From: Burkholderiales bacterium
GTDB taxonomy: Bacteria > Pseudomonadota > Gammaproteobacteria > Burkholderiales > Rhodocyclaceae
Direction of reading: 5' to 3'
Assembly (NCBI GenBank): GCA_038316625.1
Contig: JBBQAT010000001.1
Location: 6,987-70,986 of the forward strand
DNA length: 64,000 bases
Shown here: positions 9,856 through 19,129 of the stretch, piece by piece
Numbering within the stretch: position 1 is the stretch's first letter
How the letters are laid out: every line of letters starts with the position of its first letter
Made by a program: the position numbers and the translations under genes
The notes under the pieces: model-generated
Seen by the model: the letters and a program-made list of their open reading frames with translations, nothing else
Databases searched by the model: none
What the model was told of the DNA's origin: nothing

Positions 9856-11280
9856 TCAGGACAGAGCCTTGGGGGCGACATTGAAGCGCAGGCTGCCCCA
9901 ATGCAGCCCGTTGACGGTGATCGGCGTGCCAGTTTTAGTAAGAATTCGACCGGTTCCCGCGTGCATGTAACTTTGGGCAGCGAACGGATCGGTATTTCCG
10001 GTCTGGATTGAGAATCTCCGGCAATGCGTCGGCGTAGCCATTGCTATCGACCGCAATCAGCGAAACCGCGGCCGGCAGGTTGGTAAGAATTTCTTCGTAG
10101 CGATTCAGCTGTTCGCTTTTCGCCAGCCTGTCCGAGTAGGCAGTCATACTGGAACGCGTGAATAAACCGTCATTCCGGCGAAAGCGGGAATCCAGCGGTG
10201 CACTACTGGATTCCGGGTCGAGCCCGGAATGACGAAGCTTTGTGCCTATCTGTTTCAACATGACTGACTACTAGCTGGTTTCGTACTTTGGCGGCGTTAT
10301 GTTTGGGATCGGGCGGTAGTTCTGGTCGAACAGGTTGACGCCGTTCTGGGCCTGATGCTTCAGAATCAACTCGGCGCGGTCTCGGTAGGCGTTGCACTGG
10401 CTCAGAGTGCTCTCGAATTTGCCGCTTTCCAGTTTGAGCCGGGAGCCGGACGCCAGAGTATCTCGGTGGTGACGTTCAGCGAGTTGGAACACGCGAGCGA
10501 AACGCGCATGCGCTCGCCCAGATACTGGCTGAGACCGTCGATTTCCTGCGCATGACCCAGAATTCCACGATTGGTTTCTTCCAGTTGATGCATGGCGGCA
10601 GCAATGACGAGCAGTTCGTCGGCAGTCGCGCTGAAGTTTCCGACCATGCCGGTGAAGCTGGTGGCGGAGCGCTCGACGGCAACACGGGTGTTCTCGGTGC
10701 CGACCTGGCGGGTCGCTTCCATCGGTTGTCGGCCAGACTGGTTATCTCACGGGTGCTGTCGGAGATGGTGCTGGCCGCTGTCTTGGTGCGTTCAGACAGC
10801 TTGTGGTCTTCATCGGCGACAACCGCGAAGCCGCGCCCCTGTTCGTCCGCCCGCGCTGCTTCAATCGCCGCATTGAGCGCCAGCAGGTTGGTCTGGTCGG
10901 AAATGTCCTGGATCAGTTGCGTGATTTCGCTGATGGTGCGCGAGCACCGGGAGAGGAATTCGACCGTGACCTGAAAGGACTGCTGGCGGTTTTGTTCAGT
11001 GCGGGAGTCCACTGGGCCACGTTGACCGCAGCGCAGGACGTGCTGATTCTCGCGCCAGTGACTCCTGCTTATGGGCACTGCTGGCAGCCGTTGTCAAATG
11101 CTGTTTGAGTTGAACTGATTCAGAAGCGATCAAGACCGTCTGGCTGCGGATCAGGTCAATCAGTTTGTGCAGTTTGGACATCAGCGTGTTGAGTTTTTGG
11201 CTGATACCGGCGATCATTCCTGAAAGATACGGCATCAGAGTGATCGACGACGAATGGCTTGTTGGGACGCCGTTTTGCAC
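9856..11280 (-). pseudogene. Fragmented soluble methyl-accepting chemotaxis protein
   Basis: MCP-like sequence is split over ORFs 10996-11280, 10476-11078, 10402-10722, 10271-10492, 9935-10261 and 9856-10056; degenerate hairpin [40 protein letters not shown]. Confidence 0.88.
10136..10273. mobile_element. MITE-like palindromic insertion (RPE/REP-like core) inside the MCP pseudogene
   Basis: Imperfect terminal inverted repeats (TAGGCAGTCATACTGGAAC vs reverse complement TAGTCAGTCATGTTGAAAC, 15/19); internal inverted pair at 10169-10195 and 10206-10233; deleting 10139-10273 restores ..YETS-YSDRL.. Confidence 0.75.
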
Positions 11281-11301
11281 GGCCTCACCCTTTGTTAAAA
11301 T

Positions 11302-11331
11302 GATAAGCCAGATCGAATGATCTGGCTTATC
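11302..11331 (-). terminator. Stem-loop ending the thiolase/SDR operon
   Basis: Perfect 13-bp stem GATAAGCCAGATC-gaat-GATCTGGCTTATC 30 bp past the SDR stop, followed by ATTTT on the minus strand. Confidence 0.75.
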
Positions 11332-11361
11332 CGGTGTGCAGCAGGTTAAGAGCTGATGTGC

Positions 11362-12156
11362 TTACTTGGCGATGCCGCCCGGATAGCACAGGCCGCCGGT
11401 GATTTCGAGCGTGGTGGCGTTGATCGCTTCGTTTTCCACACATTGCCCGATCAGGCGGGCGATTTCGTCAGGGTCGACGAGGCGGCCGAGATGCACGTCG
11501 GCCAGAATGGCTTTCAGCGCGTCCTGATTCATTCCGGTGAGCATCGGTGTTGCCGTATAGCCGGGAGCGATGCCGACGCAGCGGATGTTGCGGATGCCGC
11601 GCAGGAGGAATTCGCCGACGACGATCTTCGGCAATAACGCATCGGCGACTTTGGCCGACGAGTAGTTGAGCTGGCCGACCTGGCCGACCTTGTTGACCGA
11701 TGAAATACACACCAGCAATCCCGGCCAGCCGCCGTTGACCATCGCTTCGGCACCGTCGCGGACGGTCAGGAAAGTGCCGGTGAGGTTGGTGTCGATGACT
11801 GGCTGCCACTTGTCGAGGCCCATCTTGCGCGAGACCTTGCCGGTTTCCTTGTCGAGCGAGAGCATGGTGCCGTCGCGGATGATGCCGGCGCAGCAGACGA
11901 CGATGTTGATCTTGCCGAACGCGGCGATGGCGGCTTGGTAAAACCGGGCCGTTTCCGCTTCGCTGGTGACGTTGGCCTGGACGCCGATGACTTCGCCGCC
12001 CATTTCCTTGATTTCCTTGACGACGCGGTCGATGTTCTTCTGCGCCATATCGACGATGGCCACTTTAGCGCCGTTGCGTACGAAGTACTTGGCGACGGCT
12101 TCGCCGATCCCGTTACCACCACCGGTAATGACGGCTACGCTTCCTTTGATTTCCAT
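11362..12156 (-). CDS. SDR oxidoreductase (FabG-like, probable 3-hydroxyacyl-CoA dehydrogenase)
   Basis: TGGGNGIG, CAGIIRDG, YSSAK, IAPGY; Asp after beta-2 (IVD) suggests NAD(H). Confidence 0.85.
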   Translation of the reverse strand: MEIKGSVAVITGGGNGIGEAVAKYFVRNGAKVAIVDMAQKNIDRVVKEIKEMGGEVIGVQANVTSEAETARFYQAAIAAFGKINIVVCCAGIIRDGTMLSLDKETGKVSRKMGLDKWQPVIDTNLTGTFLTVRDGAEAMVNGGWPGLLVCISSVNKVGQVGQLNYSSAKVADALLPKIVVGEFLLRGIRNIRCVGIAPGYTATPMLTGMNQDALKAILADVHLGRLVDPDEIARLIGQCVENEAINATTLEITGGLCYPGGIAK

Positions 12157-12183
12157 GATGTTTGTCCTTGATTGGTTGCAGCG

Positions 12184-12501
12184 TTACAGCTGTTTGGGAG
12201 AAGAGGAACTGTCCTTGTCCCAGTAAATGAAGTTGGGATGTGCCACGTCCGGCCCGACGATCTTGAGGTCACCGATCAGGTTGGCGTGCGCCACATCCGG
12301 GCCAACGATCTTGATGCCGACCGGGAACATCGAGCGTACCAGCGCGCGTGCGCGCGCCTCGATCTCGCTCTCCGGCACGTCGGCGAACAGGCCGGCGGCG
12401 ACATAGGCTGATTTACCCTCCGCCGTGCGGCGAGAAATATCCCAGCGGACCTGCGCCTTTTCGACCGAAAAATCCATGTCGTTGTAGGTGAAGCTTTTCA
12501 T
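12184..12501 (-). CDS. Hypothetical 105-aa protein with an internal KIVGPDVAHxN repeat
   Basis: AAAGGAAG upstream; fills the gap between thiolase and SDR; codon style matches neighbours; repeat copies differ mostly at synonymous sites. Confidence 0.8.
   Translation of the reverse strand: MKSFTYNDMDFSVEKAQVRWDISRRTAEGKSAYVAAGLFADVPESEIEARARALVRSMFPVGIKIVGPDVAHANLIGDLKIVGPDVAHPNFIYWDKDSSSSPKQL
12232..12312 (-). repeat. Two 33-bp coding direct repeats, 48-nt period
   Basis: 12280-12312 encodes KIVGPDVAHAN and 12232-12264 encodes KIVGPDVAHPN. Confidence 0.9.
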
Positions 12502-12526
12502 GATTCTTCCTTTGCAGACGTTCGGC

Positions 12527-13771
12527 TTATTTCGGGGCTTTCAATACGGTGATGCAGTTCGTTACCGCCGAACCGCCGACGTTGAAAACGACGCCGACAT
12601 CGGCCTTGCGTGCCGGGACGCCAATCGCTTCGCCGATCAGTTGTTTATACACCAGCGCGTGCATCGAAGCGCCGGTGGCGCCGACCGGATGGCCTTTCGA
12701 CTTGAGGCCGCCGGACAGATTGATCGCCACCTTGTCGTCACGTGTGAAACGGCCGTCGAGGTAGTCGAAGCCGGCGCGTCCGTCATCGGAGAGGCCTAGG
12801 GCTTCGGTAGAAAGAATCATGTTGATGGTGAAGCAGTCATGGACTTCGGCGATATCGATGTCGGCGGCGGTAATGCCGGCTTCGCGGTAGGCCTTGGCGG
12901 CGGCATCCTTGCCGGCCATCAACTCGTGCATGTTGGGACGGACATTTTCCGCGAGGCGTTCGGACGAGTGACCGATGCCGGCGATCTCGACCGCACGGCG
13001 GCGGTCGTTGACCATGCTGGTCTGGGTGACGACCAGCGCGGCCGCGCCGTCGGTGACCAGCGAGCAGTCATGCAAACGCAGGGGCGGGGCGATCATCATG
13101 TTCTTGCACTTACCTCGGGCATCGAGTTCGTTGAGCTTGATGATTTCCTCGATTGACATCGGGCCGTTCCTGACATGCGCCAGCGGGTTCTCGGCGCCGT
13201 TCTTGTAGCACAGCGCGCCGGCCGTCCACAACATGCGTTCCAGATCTTCGTTGGAAATTCCATATTGCTTCTGGTAACCCTTGGCATAGGCGGCGAACAG
13301 CATCGGGAACGACCAGCCTTTCGAGCCCTCGCTCGGCCAGTGCGATGAGCAGGCCAGTACATGCGTCATCTGCGGTGTCGGCAGCAGATTCATTTTTTCA
13401 ACGCCGATCACCAGCACGTTCCTGTAACGGTTGGCTTCGAGCGCATAGATGGCGTCGTAAAGCGCGACCGACGAGGAAGCACAGGCGCACTCGCAGCGAG
13501 TCATCGGCTTGAAGCGCAAGGCGGGATCGATCTCGGCGGCGAGCGGCGCAACGTGTTCCTGGTTGATGAAAGTGCCGGGTGAGCAGGAACCGACATAGAC
13601 GGCGTCGATGGCCGTGGCGTCGAGCCCAGAATCGGCAATGGCACCGCGTCCGGCCTCGATCAGCAGGTCGTAATAGCTCTTGGTGTCGGTGATGAGTCCG
13701 GTGGCTTTGTCCTTCTTGACGAAGGCACCGAACTGGGTGTTGTAGGCGCCGATGATGCTTGCTTTGGACAT
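12527..13771 (-). CDS. Thiolase, SCP2-type (acetyl-CoA acetyltransferase family)
   Basis: CACASS, GVEKM, EVHDCF, GHPVGATG and FNVGG; HDCF with NxGG marks the SCP2 type. Confidence 0.88.
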   Translation of the reverse strand: MSKASIIGAYNTQFGAFVKKDKATGLITDTKSYYDLLIEAGRGAIADSGLDATAIDAVYVGSCSPGTFINQEHVAPLAAEIDPALRFKPMTRCECACASSSVALYDAIYALEANRYRNVLVIGVEKMNLLPTPQMTHVLACSSHWPSEGSKGWSFPMLFAAYAKGYQKQYGISNEDLERMLWTAGALCYKNGAENPLAHVRNGPMSIEEIIKLNELDARGKCKNMMIAPPLRLHDCSLVTDGAAALVVTQTSMVNDRRRAVEIAGIGHSSERLAENVRPNMHELMAGKDAAAKAYREAGITAADIDIAEVHDCFTINMILSTEALGLSDDGRAGFDYLDGRFTRDDKVAINLSGGLKSKGHPVGATGASMHALVYKQLIGEAIGVPARKADVGVVFNVGGSAVTNCITVLKAPK

Positions 13772-13840
13772 TTTATTTCCTCATGAGAACGATAAATATT
13801 GAAATTCTGTTATCAGGCCTGAATGGTGGTGTCGTCGGGG

Positions 13841-15475
13841 TCAAACGTCGGCGGCGTGCGCCAGCATGTCTTTACGCAAACCCATCGGTCCGTCGTGAAA
13901 GATCCGCGCATCCATGGTTTTCAGCGCGGGGCTGATAGCTGGACGGAAATCCATCAAGCCAAGAATGTCGCGTTCCAGATCAACGCCCGGCGCGATTTCG
14001 ATCAGTTCCAGCCCGCTCTCGATCAGGCGGAAAACGCAGCGCTCGGTGATGTAGAGCACAGTCTGCTTGTTCTTGAACGCGTATTCGCCGCTGAATGTGC
14101 GGTGTTCGACCTGCGGAACAAACTTCGCCGTTTCGCCTTCGGCAAGAATTTTCAAGGCGCCGTCGATGACGGTAACACTGAGTTTTCCGGCCGTGAAGGT
14201 GCCGACAAATACCACCTTTTTCGCGGTCTGGCTGATATTGATGAAGCCTCCGGCACCGGCCAGGCGCGGTCCGAATTTGCTGACGTTGAGATTGCCTTGT
14301 GCGTCCGCCTGTGCCAGCCCAAGGAAGGTGATGTCGAGGCCGCCGCCGTCATAGAAATCAAACTGCGTGGGTTGGTCGATGATGGCTTCGGCGTTGGTCG
14401 CGGCGCCGAAGCTCAAACCCATGGCCGGAACGCCACCGATCACGCCGGGTTCGGCGGTAAGCGTCATCAAATCAATGACGCCTTCTTCGGCGGCCACGCT
14501 GGAGACACCTTCGGGCATGCCGATGCCAAGGTTGACGATGCTTTCAGGCTTTAACTCGAAAGCGGCACGGCGGGCAATGATCTTGCGTTCCGAAAGTTCC
14601 ATCGCCGGAATCGACGACATGGGTACCTTGATTTCGCCGGAGAAGGCCGGGCTGTAGAGTTCGCTGAATGTCTGCATGTGGTATTCCGGCTTCTCGGCGA
14701 CCACGACGCAATCAACCAGGATGCCGGGAATCTTGACCTGGCGCGGGTTGAGCGACCCGCGCTCGGCGATGCGTTCGACCTGGACGATGACGATACCGCC
14801 CGAGTTGTGCGCGGCCATGGCGATGGCGTTGGCTTCCAGTGTTAAGGCTTCCTTCTCCATGGTGATGTTGCCATCCGGGTCGGCTGTGGTGCCGCGAATG
14901 ATGCCGACGTTGATCGGGAAGGTTTTATAGAACAGGTATTCTTCGCCGTCGATGGGCATCAGCCGAACCACGTCCTTGGTGGTAATGCTGTTCAGCTTGC
15001 CGCCGCCGAAACGCGGGTCGACGAAGGTGCCGAGGCCGACGCGCGAAAGCAAGCCGGGCTTGCCCGCTGCAATGTCGCGAAACAGATGCGAGATGATGCC
15101 TTGAGGCAAGTTGTAGGCCTCGATACGGTCGGTTACGGCAAGCTTTTGCAACTTGGGCGCCAGGCCCCAATGCCCGCCAATGACGCGTCCCACCAGCCCT
15201 TCGTGGCCGAGGTGGTTGAGGCCGCGTTCCTTGCCGTCGCCCTGGCCGGCCGCGTAGGTGAGTGTTAAGTTGCGCGGGCTGCCGGCGGGGGAGAGCGGAT
15301 CCTCGCCGAGAAAACGTTTTTCAAGTGCAACTGCAATATTTTCGGCAAAGCCAATGCCGACGAATCCGCCGGTGGCGAGTGTGTCGCCATCACGGATCAG
15401 GCGCACGGCCTCAGCCGCACTGACGATCTTGCTGCGCTTGCGTGATGTCTGCGCCGTTTGAGCGATCAGGGTCAT
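13841..15475 (-). CDS. Fused family I acyl-CoA:acetate/3-ketoacid CoA transferase (YdiF/Pct-like)
   Basis: [25 protein letters not shown], catalytic ExG (TAEPG), [18 protein letters not shown]. Confidence 0.9.
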   Translation of the reverse strand: MTLIAQTAQTSRKRSKIVSAAEAVRLIRDGDTLATGGFVGIGFAENIAVALEKRFLGEDPLSPAGSPRNLTLTYAAGQGDGKERGLNHLGHEGLVGRVIGGHWGLAPKLQKLAVTDRIEAYNLPQGIISHLFRDIAAGKPGLLSRVGLGTFVDPRFGGGKLNSITTKDVVRLMPIDGEEYLFYKTFPINVGIIRGTTADPDGNITMEKEALTLEANAIAMAAHNSGGIVIVQVERIAERGSLNPRQVKIPGILVDCVVVAEKPEYHMQTFSELYSPAFSGEIKVPMSSIPAMELSERKIIARRAAFELKPESIVNLGIGMPEGVSSVAAEEGVIDLMTLTAEPGVIGGVPAMGLSFGAATNAEAIIDQPTQFDFYDGGGLDITFLGLAQADAQGNLNVSKFGPRLAGAGGFINISQTAKKVVFVGTFTAGKLSVTVIDGALKILAEGETAKFVPQVEHRTFSGEYAFKNKQTVLYITERCVFRLIESGLELIEIAPGVDLERDILGLMDFRPAISPALKTMDARIFHDGPMGLRKDMLAHAADV

Positions 15476-15563
15476 GGAATTTCCTCGGACTAATTGACGA
15501 TGCTCGGCCGCGCGTGGCGGCTGAGCGGCTGAGCATCGGTGTTAACGCTCAGCCGGGGGAGGA

Positions 15564-16946
15564 TCAGACGACGCCGAGCGTCCCGAGAACGATGGCGACA
15601 ACGCAGACCAAGATCGGAATCACGACTGAAACCATGCCGATATCGGCATAGCTTTGCCGGTGCGTGAGTTGGGTGATGCCCAGCAGGGTAACAACAGCGC
15701 CATTGTGCGGAAGACTGTCGAGGCCACCGCAGGCAATGGCGACGACACGGTGCAGGACTTCCGGGTTGATGCCGCGAACGAGTGCCGCCTGGTAGAAGGT
15801 TTCACCCATTGCGCCGAGCGCGATACTCATGCCGCCCGAAGCCGAACCGGTGATGCCGGCCAGGACGTTAGTGGCGATGGCCGCAGTGATGAGCGGATTG
15901 TCGGAAATCCCGAGCAGCGCCGCCTGAATGATGGCAAACGCGGCCAGTGTCTTTACGACATTGCCGTAGCCCACTTCACTTGCGGTATTGAGGATGGGGA
16001 GCATCGAGCCGAACACGCCTGAATTGACCGACTCCTTTACATTGGCAAAACGCTTCCAGTTGGTGACGATGGCAAAGACGACGGCGACGACAAGAGAAAT
16101 CACCAACGACCAGATACCACGTACTGCGCCGAGATTGGTTTCGAAGGGCTTGTTCTTGAGGTAGTCGTAACCCGTTGCGTTAGCCGTGAAAACGTACTCG
16201 GACAGGATGAAGTTGAGGACCAGGACGATGGCGATCGGCATCAGCGCAACCCAGACGCTGGGCAGATTGGCGCTGTCGAACTCCTTGACGACCTCGTTCG
16301 GATGATCGCCGTAGAACTCGCCGCGTGCATTGGCCGCCTTGGCGCGGGACATCAGCCACCAGGTGCCGATGGCAAACATCAGGATGCCGGCAATCGTTCC
16401 CAGAATTGGTGCGGCATAAACGGTCGTCTTGAAGAACGGCATCGGAATGGCGTTCTGGATCTGTGGCGTGCCGGGCAGCGCCGTCATCGTGAAGGTGAAG
16501 GAGCCGAGGGCGATGGCGCCGGGGATCAGGAACTTGGGCGTTCCGGCTTCCTTGAACAGGTGCGCAGCAATCGGATAGACGGCAAAAGCGACGACGAAGA
16601 GCGAAACGCCACCGTAGGTCAGGATGCCGCAGGACAGGACGACGGCGAGGATGGCCCGGCTCTTGCCGACCCGTGCGGCGATGTCATGGGCGATGGCCTT
16701 GGCACAGCCAGAATCTTCCATCACCTTACCGAAGATGGCACCGAGCAGGAAGACGGGGAAGAAGAGTTTAAGGTAGTTGGCCAGGTTGGGCATGAAGACA
16801 TGCGTAAAGGTGGCCATTATTGGCATGTCCGAGAACATGGCGGCGACCAGCGCCAGGATCGGCGCAAGAATGAGAACCGTGATGCCCCTGTACGCGAGGT
16901 ACATGAGCAGGACAAGTGACAACAGGATGCCGATAACGCCAATCAT
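15564..16946 (-). CDS. GntP-family organic acid permease (3-hydroxybutyrate permease-like)
   Basis: Multiple TM helices; LTYGGVSLFVV, LPGTPQIQN, GSASGG, DSLPHNGAV; GAGGAG RBS. Confidence 0.85.
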   Translation of the reverse strand: MIGVIGILLSLVLLMYLAYRGITVLILAPILALVAAMFSDMPIMATFTHVFMPNLANYLKLFFPVFLLGAIFGKVMEDSGCAKAIAHDIAARVGKSRAILAVVLSCGILTYGGVSLFVVAFAVYPIAAHLFKEAGTPKFLIPGAIALGSFTFTMTALPGTPQIQNAIPMPFFKTTVYAAPILGTIAGILMFAIGTWWLMSRAKAANARGEFYGDHPNEVVKEFDSANLPSVWVALMPIAIVLVLNFILSEYVFTANATGYDYLKNKPFETNLGAVRGIWSLVISLVVAVVFAIVTNWKRFANVKESVNSGVFGSMLPILNTASEVGYGNVVKTLAAFAIIQAALLGISDNPLITAAIATNVLAGITGSASGGMSIALGAMGETFYQAALVRGINPEVLHRVVAIACGGLDSLPHNGAVVTLLGITQLTHRQSYADIGMVSVVIPILVCVVAIVLGTLGVV

Positions 16947-17145
16947 GAATGACTCCTCTGTTTGTTTTAGGCATCATTGATGCCGTTGATTTCAGAAGCG
17001 GAAACGAGTTCTTTTTTGCCGACCGCTTTTGTTTCTTCCGCCAAGTGCCAAGGTCAGGAGATTCAGACGGGCTGACGGCCATTGTCGTTTCGTGCTTCTG
17101 GCGACGCCGATCTTTGCTTGTGAATATCCCTTGGAGAATATCTTT

Positions 17146-17161
17146 AGCAGGTGCCGTGCCA
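17146..17161 (-). promoter_or_regulatory. Sigma-54 (-24/-12) promoter of the permease operon
   Basis: Minus strand TGGCAC-GGCAC-CTGCT has correct GG/GC spacing; IHF-like AAACAACACGTTA at 17169-17181. Confidence 0.8.
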
Positions 17162-17236
17162 GTTAGCATAACGTGTTGTTTTGTATGGGGACTACCGCAG
17201 CGGATTGGTGCTTGGTCGGTCCGGTGTGACCGAACG

Positions 17237-17330
17237 GTCTCGGTTATGAGATGGAATTCTGGGCAGAACGGGGTAAGAGGCCGATTTTGCGGAGAAGTCT
17301 CAAATATGAGACAAGTCTCAGTATTAGGAC
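17237..17330. promoter_or_regulatory. Upstream activator sites GTCTCA-N4-TGAGAC (three copies)
   Basis: Perfect palindrome at 17297-17312; degenerate copies at 17237-17252 and 17315-17330. Confidence 0.7.
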
Positions 17331-18757
17331 GACGGCCCGAGTGCTTGCATTTTGCGATACAGCGTGGCCCGGGCCATTCCGAGATTTTTCGCTGCGACCT
17401 CGACACGGCCTTGTGCTGCCGTAACCGCGTTGAGGATCAGTTTCCGCTCGAAATCTTCAACAGCTTTTGCGTAAGTGCTACTCACGCCATCCGGTGCCGT
17501 AGTGGTGGCTTCTGCACGCAGGCTGTCGGCCGGCAGGATGCCATCCAGGTCGGATGCGGCGAGGCGGATATTGTCGGAGAGCATGGCCACTTTCTCCAGC
17601 GTATTGTGTAGCTCGCGGACGTTGCCGCGCCAGGCGCATTGACGCAGGCGATTGATCGCGTCGGGCGCCAGTTCGCGATGTGCGAGCCCTGTTCGATGTT
17701 CGATTTGCTCCAGAATGTTCTCGCACAATGCTTCCATGTCGGCAACACGTTCGCGCAGCGGCGGTACGCGGATCGAAAGAACGTTCAGGCGATAGAACAG
17801 ATCGGCACGGAACAGGCCGGCATCTACTTTGCCCTGCAAGTCGACACTGGTCGCGGCGATGATGCGCACGTTGATTGGCATCACCCGATTCGATCCGACC
17901 GCCTCAAATTCCTGTTCCTGCAGTACGCGCAGCAGCTTGGATTGAAGCAGCAGGGGCATGTCGCCAATTTCGTCGAGAAACAGCGTGCCCCCGTCTGCTA
18001 GCAGGAATTTTCCTTCCCGGCCGCGCCGGTCAGCGCCGGTGTAAGCGCCCGGAGCCACGCCGAAAAACTCCGTTTCAAGCAAAGCGTCGGGAATCGCCGC
18101 CACATTGACGCCGACGAAGGCCCTGCCTGCCCGTGTTGAGGCGCCGTGGATGGCGTGTGCCAGCAACTCCTTGCCGGTGCCCGTTTCGCCAAGCAGCAGC
18201 ACCGTGGCATCGAGCTGGGCTGCGCGTCGCGCCTGGCGCTTCACTTCCATGCAGACGGGGCTGGAGCCAATGAAGTTCGAGAAGGTGTATTTTGGCCGGC
18301 GCTCCTCGGCCAGTCGCTTCTGTGCCGTGGCCAGTTCGCGTTGCATGTTCTCCAGTTTGGCAAACAGGGGTTTTAGTGACTGCACCTGGTCAAAAAAGGC
18401 AAATCCGGCGGCGCCGATTATTGCTCCGTGCTCGTCCTTGAGCGGAATACGTGAAACAACGAAGGTGGCGCCGGGTGTTTCCAGCAAATCGATCAGGATC
18501 GGTTGTCCGGTGGTGACCACGTCACGCATCAGGCTGTTGGGAATGACGTCCTCAATGGCTCGCCCGATGGCATTGACGGCCGAGATGGCTCCCAAGCGTG
18601 TGGCGTAACGTTCGTTGATCCAGATGATGCGGGCGTCACGGTCGACGACGACCGTGCCTTCACAGATATTGTCCAGATTTTCGAATAAGGAATGCATCGA
18701 GAGGCGGCGAATCTCCTCGTGGTCGAGTAACCTATCGGACACGCTGATTGGGGGCAT
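17324..18757 (-). CDS. Sigma-54-dependent transcriptional activator (PAS + AAA+ + Fis-type HTH)
   Basis: GETGTGKE, GAYTGA, LFLDEIGD, FRADLFYRLNV, WRGNVREL, MARATLYRKM. Confidence 0.93.
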   Translation of the reverse strand: MPPISVSDRLLDHEEIRRLSMHSLFENLDNICEGTVVVDRDARIIWINERYATRLGAISAVNAIGRAIEDVIPNSLMRDVVTTGQPILIDLLETPGATFVVSRIPLKDEHGAIIGAAGFAFFDQVQSLKPLFAKLENMQRELATAQKRLAEERRPKYTFSNFIGSSPVCMEVKRQARRAAQLDATVLLLGETGTGKELLAHAIHGASTRAGRAFVGVNVAAIPDALLETEFFGVAPGAYTGADRRGREGKFLLADGGTLFLDEIGDMPLLLQSKLLRVLQEQEFEAVGSNRVMPINVRIIAATSVDLQGKVDAGLFRADLFYRLNVLSIRVPPLRERVADMEALCENILEQIEHRTGLAHRELAPDAINRLRQCAWRGNVRELHNTLEKVAMLSDNIRLAASDLDGILPADSLRAEATTTAPDGVSSTYAKAVEDFERKLILNAVTAAQGRVEVAAKNLGMARATLYRKMQALGPSS

Positions 18758-19129
18758 CGGGGAAATTCCTTGTTTCGATCAACGGAAAAACCATGGCACA
18801 GGGGTGGTTTGGGCCCAGTCTGACCCAATTACAGCAGGAAGTATCTCACTACTGCGGAGATAATTTGCATTGGAATTGACCGATGCCAGCGATGCGGTGT
18901 CAAAAACCCGAGCGCCGACTACCTTGCCCGCTATCGCTTGATGATGCCGCCGCGCGTTGTCGAATGACGATACCTCGACATGTACGAATGACTTTGACTA
19001 TCATCTGCGCACCCGTGAGTAGTGAAGTGCAAATGGCAACGGATCGGAAAGCCAAACCCGATTTCTTCGGGGTTTTTACTCCGATCACCCCCTGAATGGC
19101 AACCCGACGATTATGCAGCGATTACCTTG

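Noticed and set aside
10168-10234. Possible CRISPR repeats or tRNA
   Set aside because: Only two inverted units, no spacers, no cas genes and no cloverleaf or T-loop consensus
9935-10261. 108-aa ORF as an independent gene
   Set aside because: It is a chimera of MITE-derived sequence and an MCP remnant
12184-12501. Confident RiPP precursor call
   Set aside because: No modifying enzymes, peptidase or exporter nearby; kept only as a minor alternative
16768-17611. ORFs 16768..17406 (-) and 16949..17611 (+)
   Set aside because: They overlap real genes and the promoter/enhancer region, and have atypical composition
18760-19129. Moco riboswitch or ModE box
   Set aside because: No recognisable consensus by eye; needs a covariance model search
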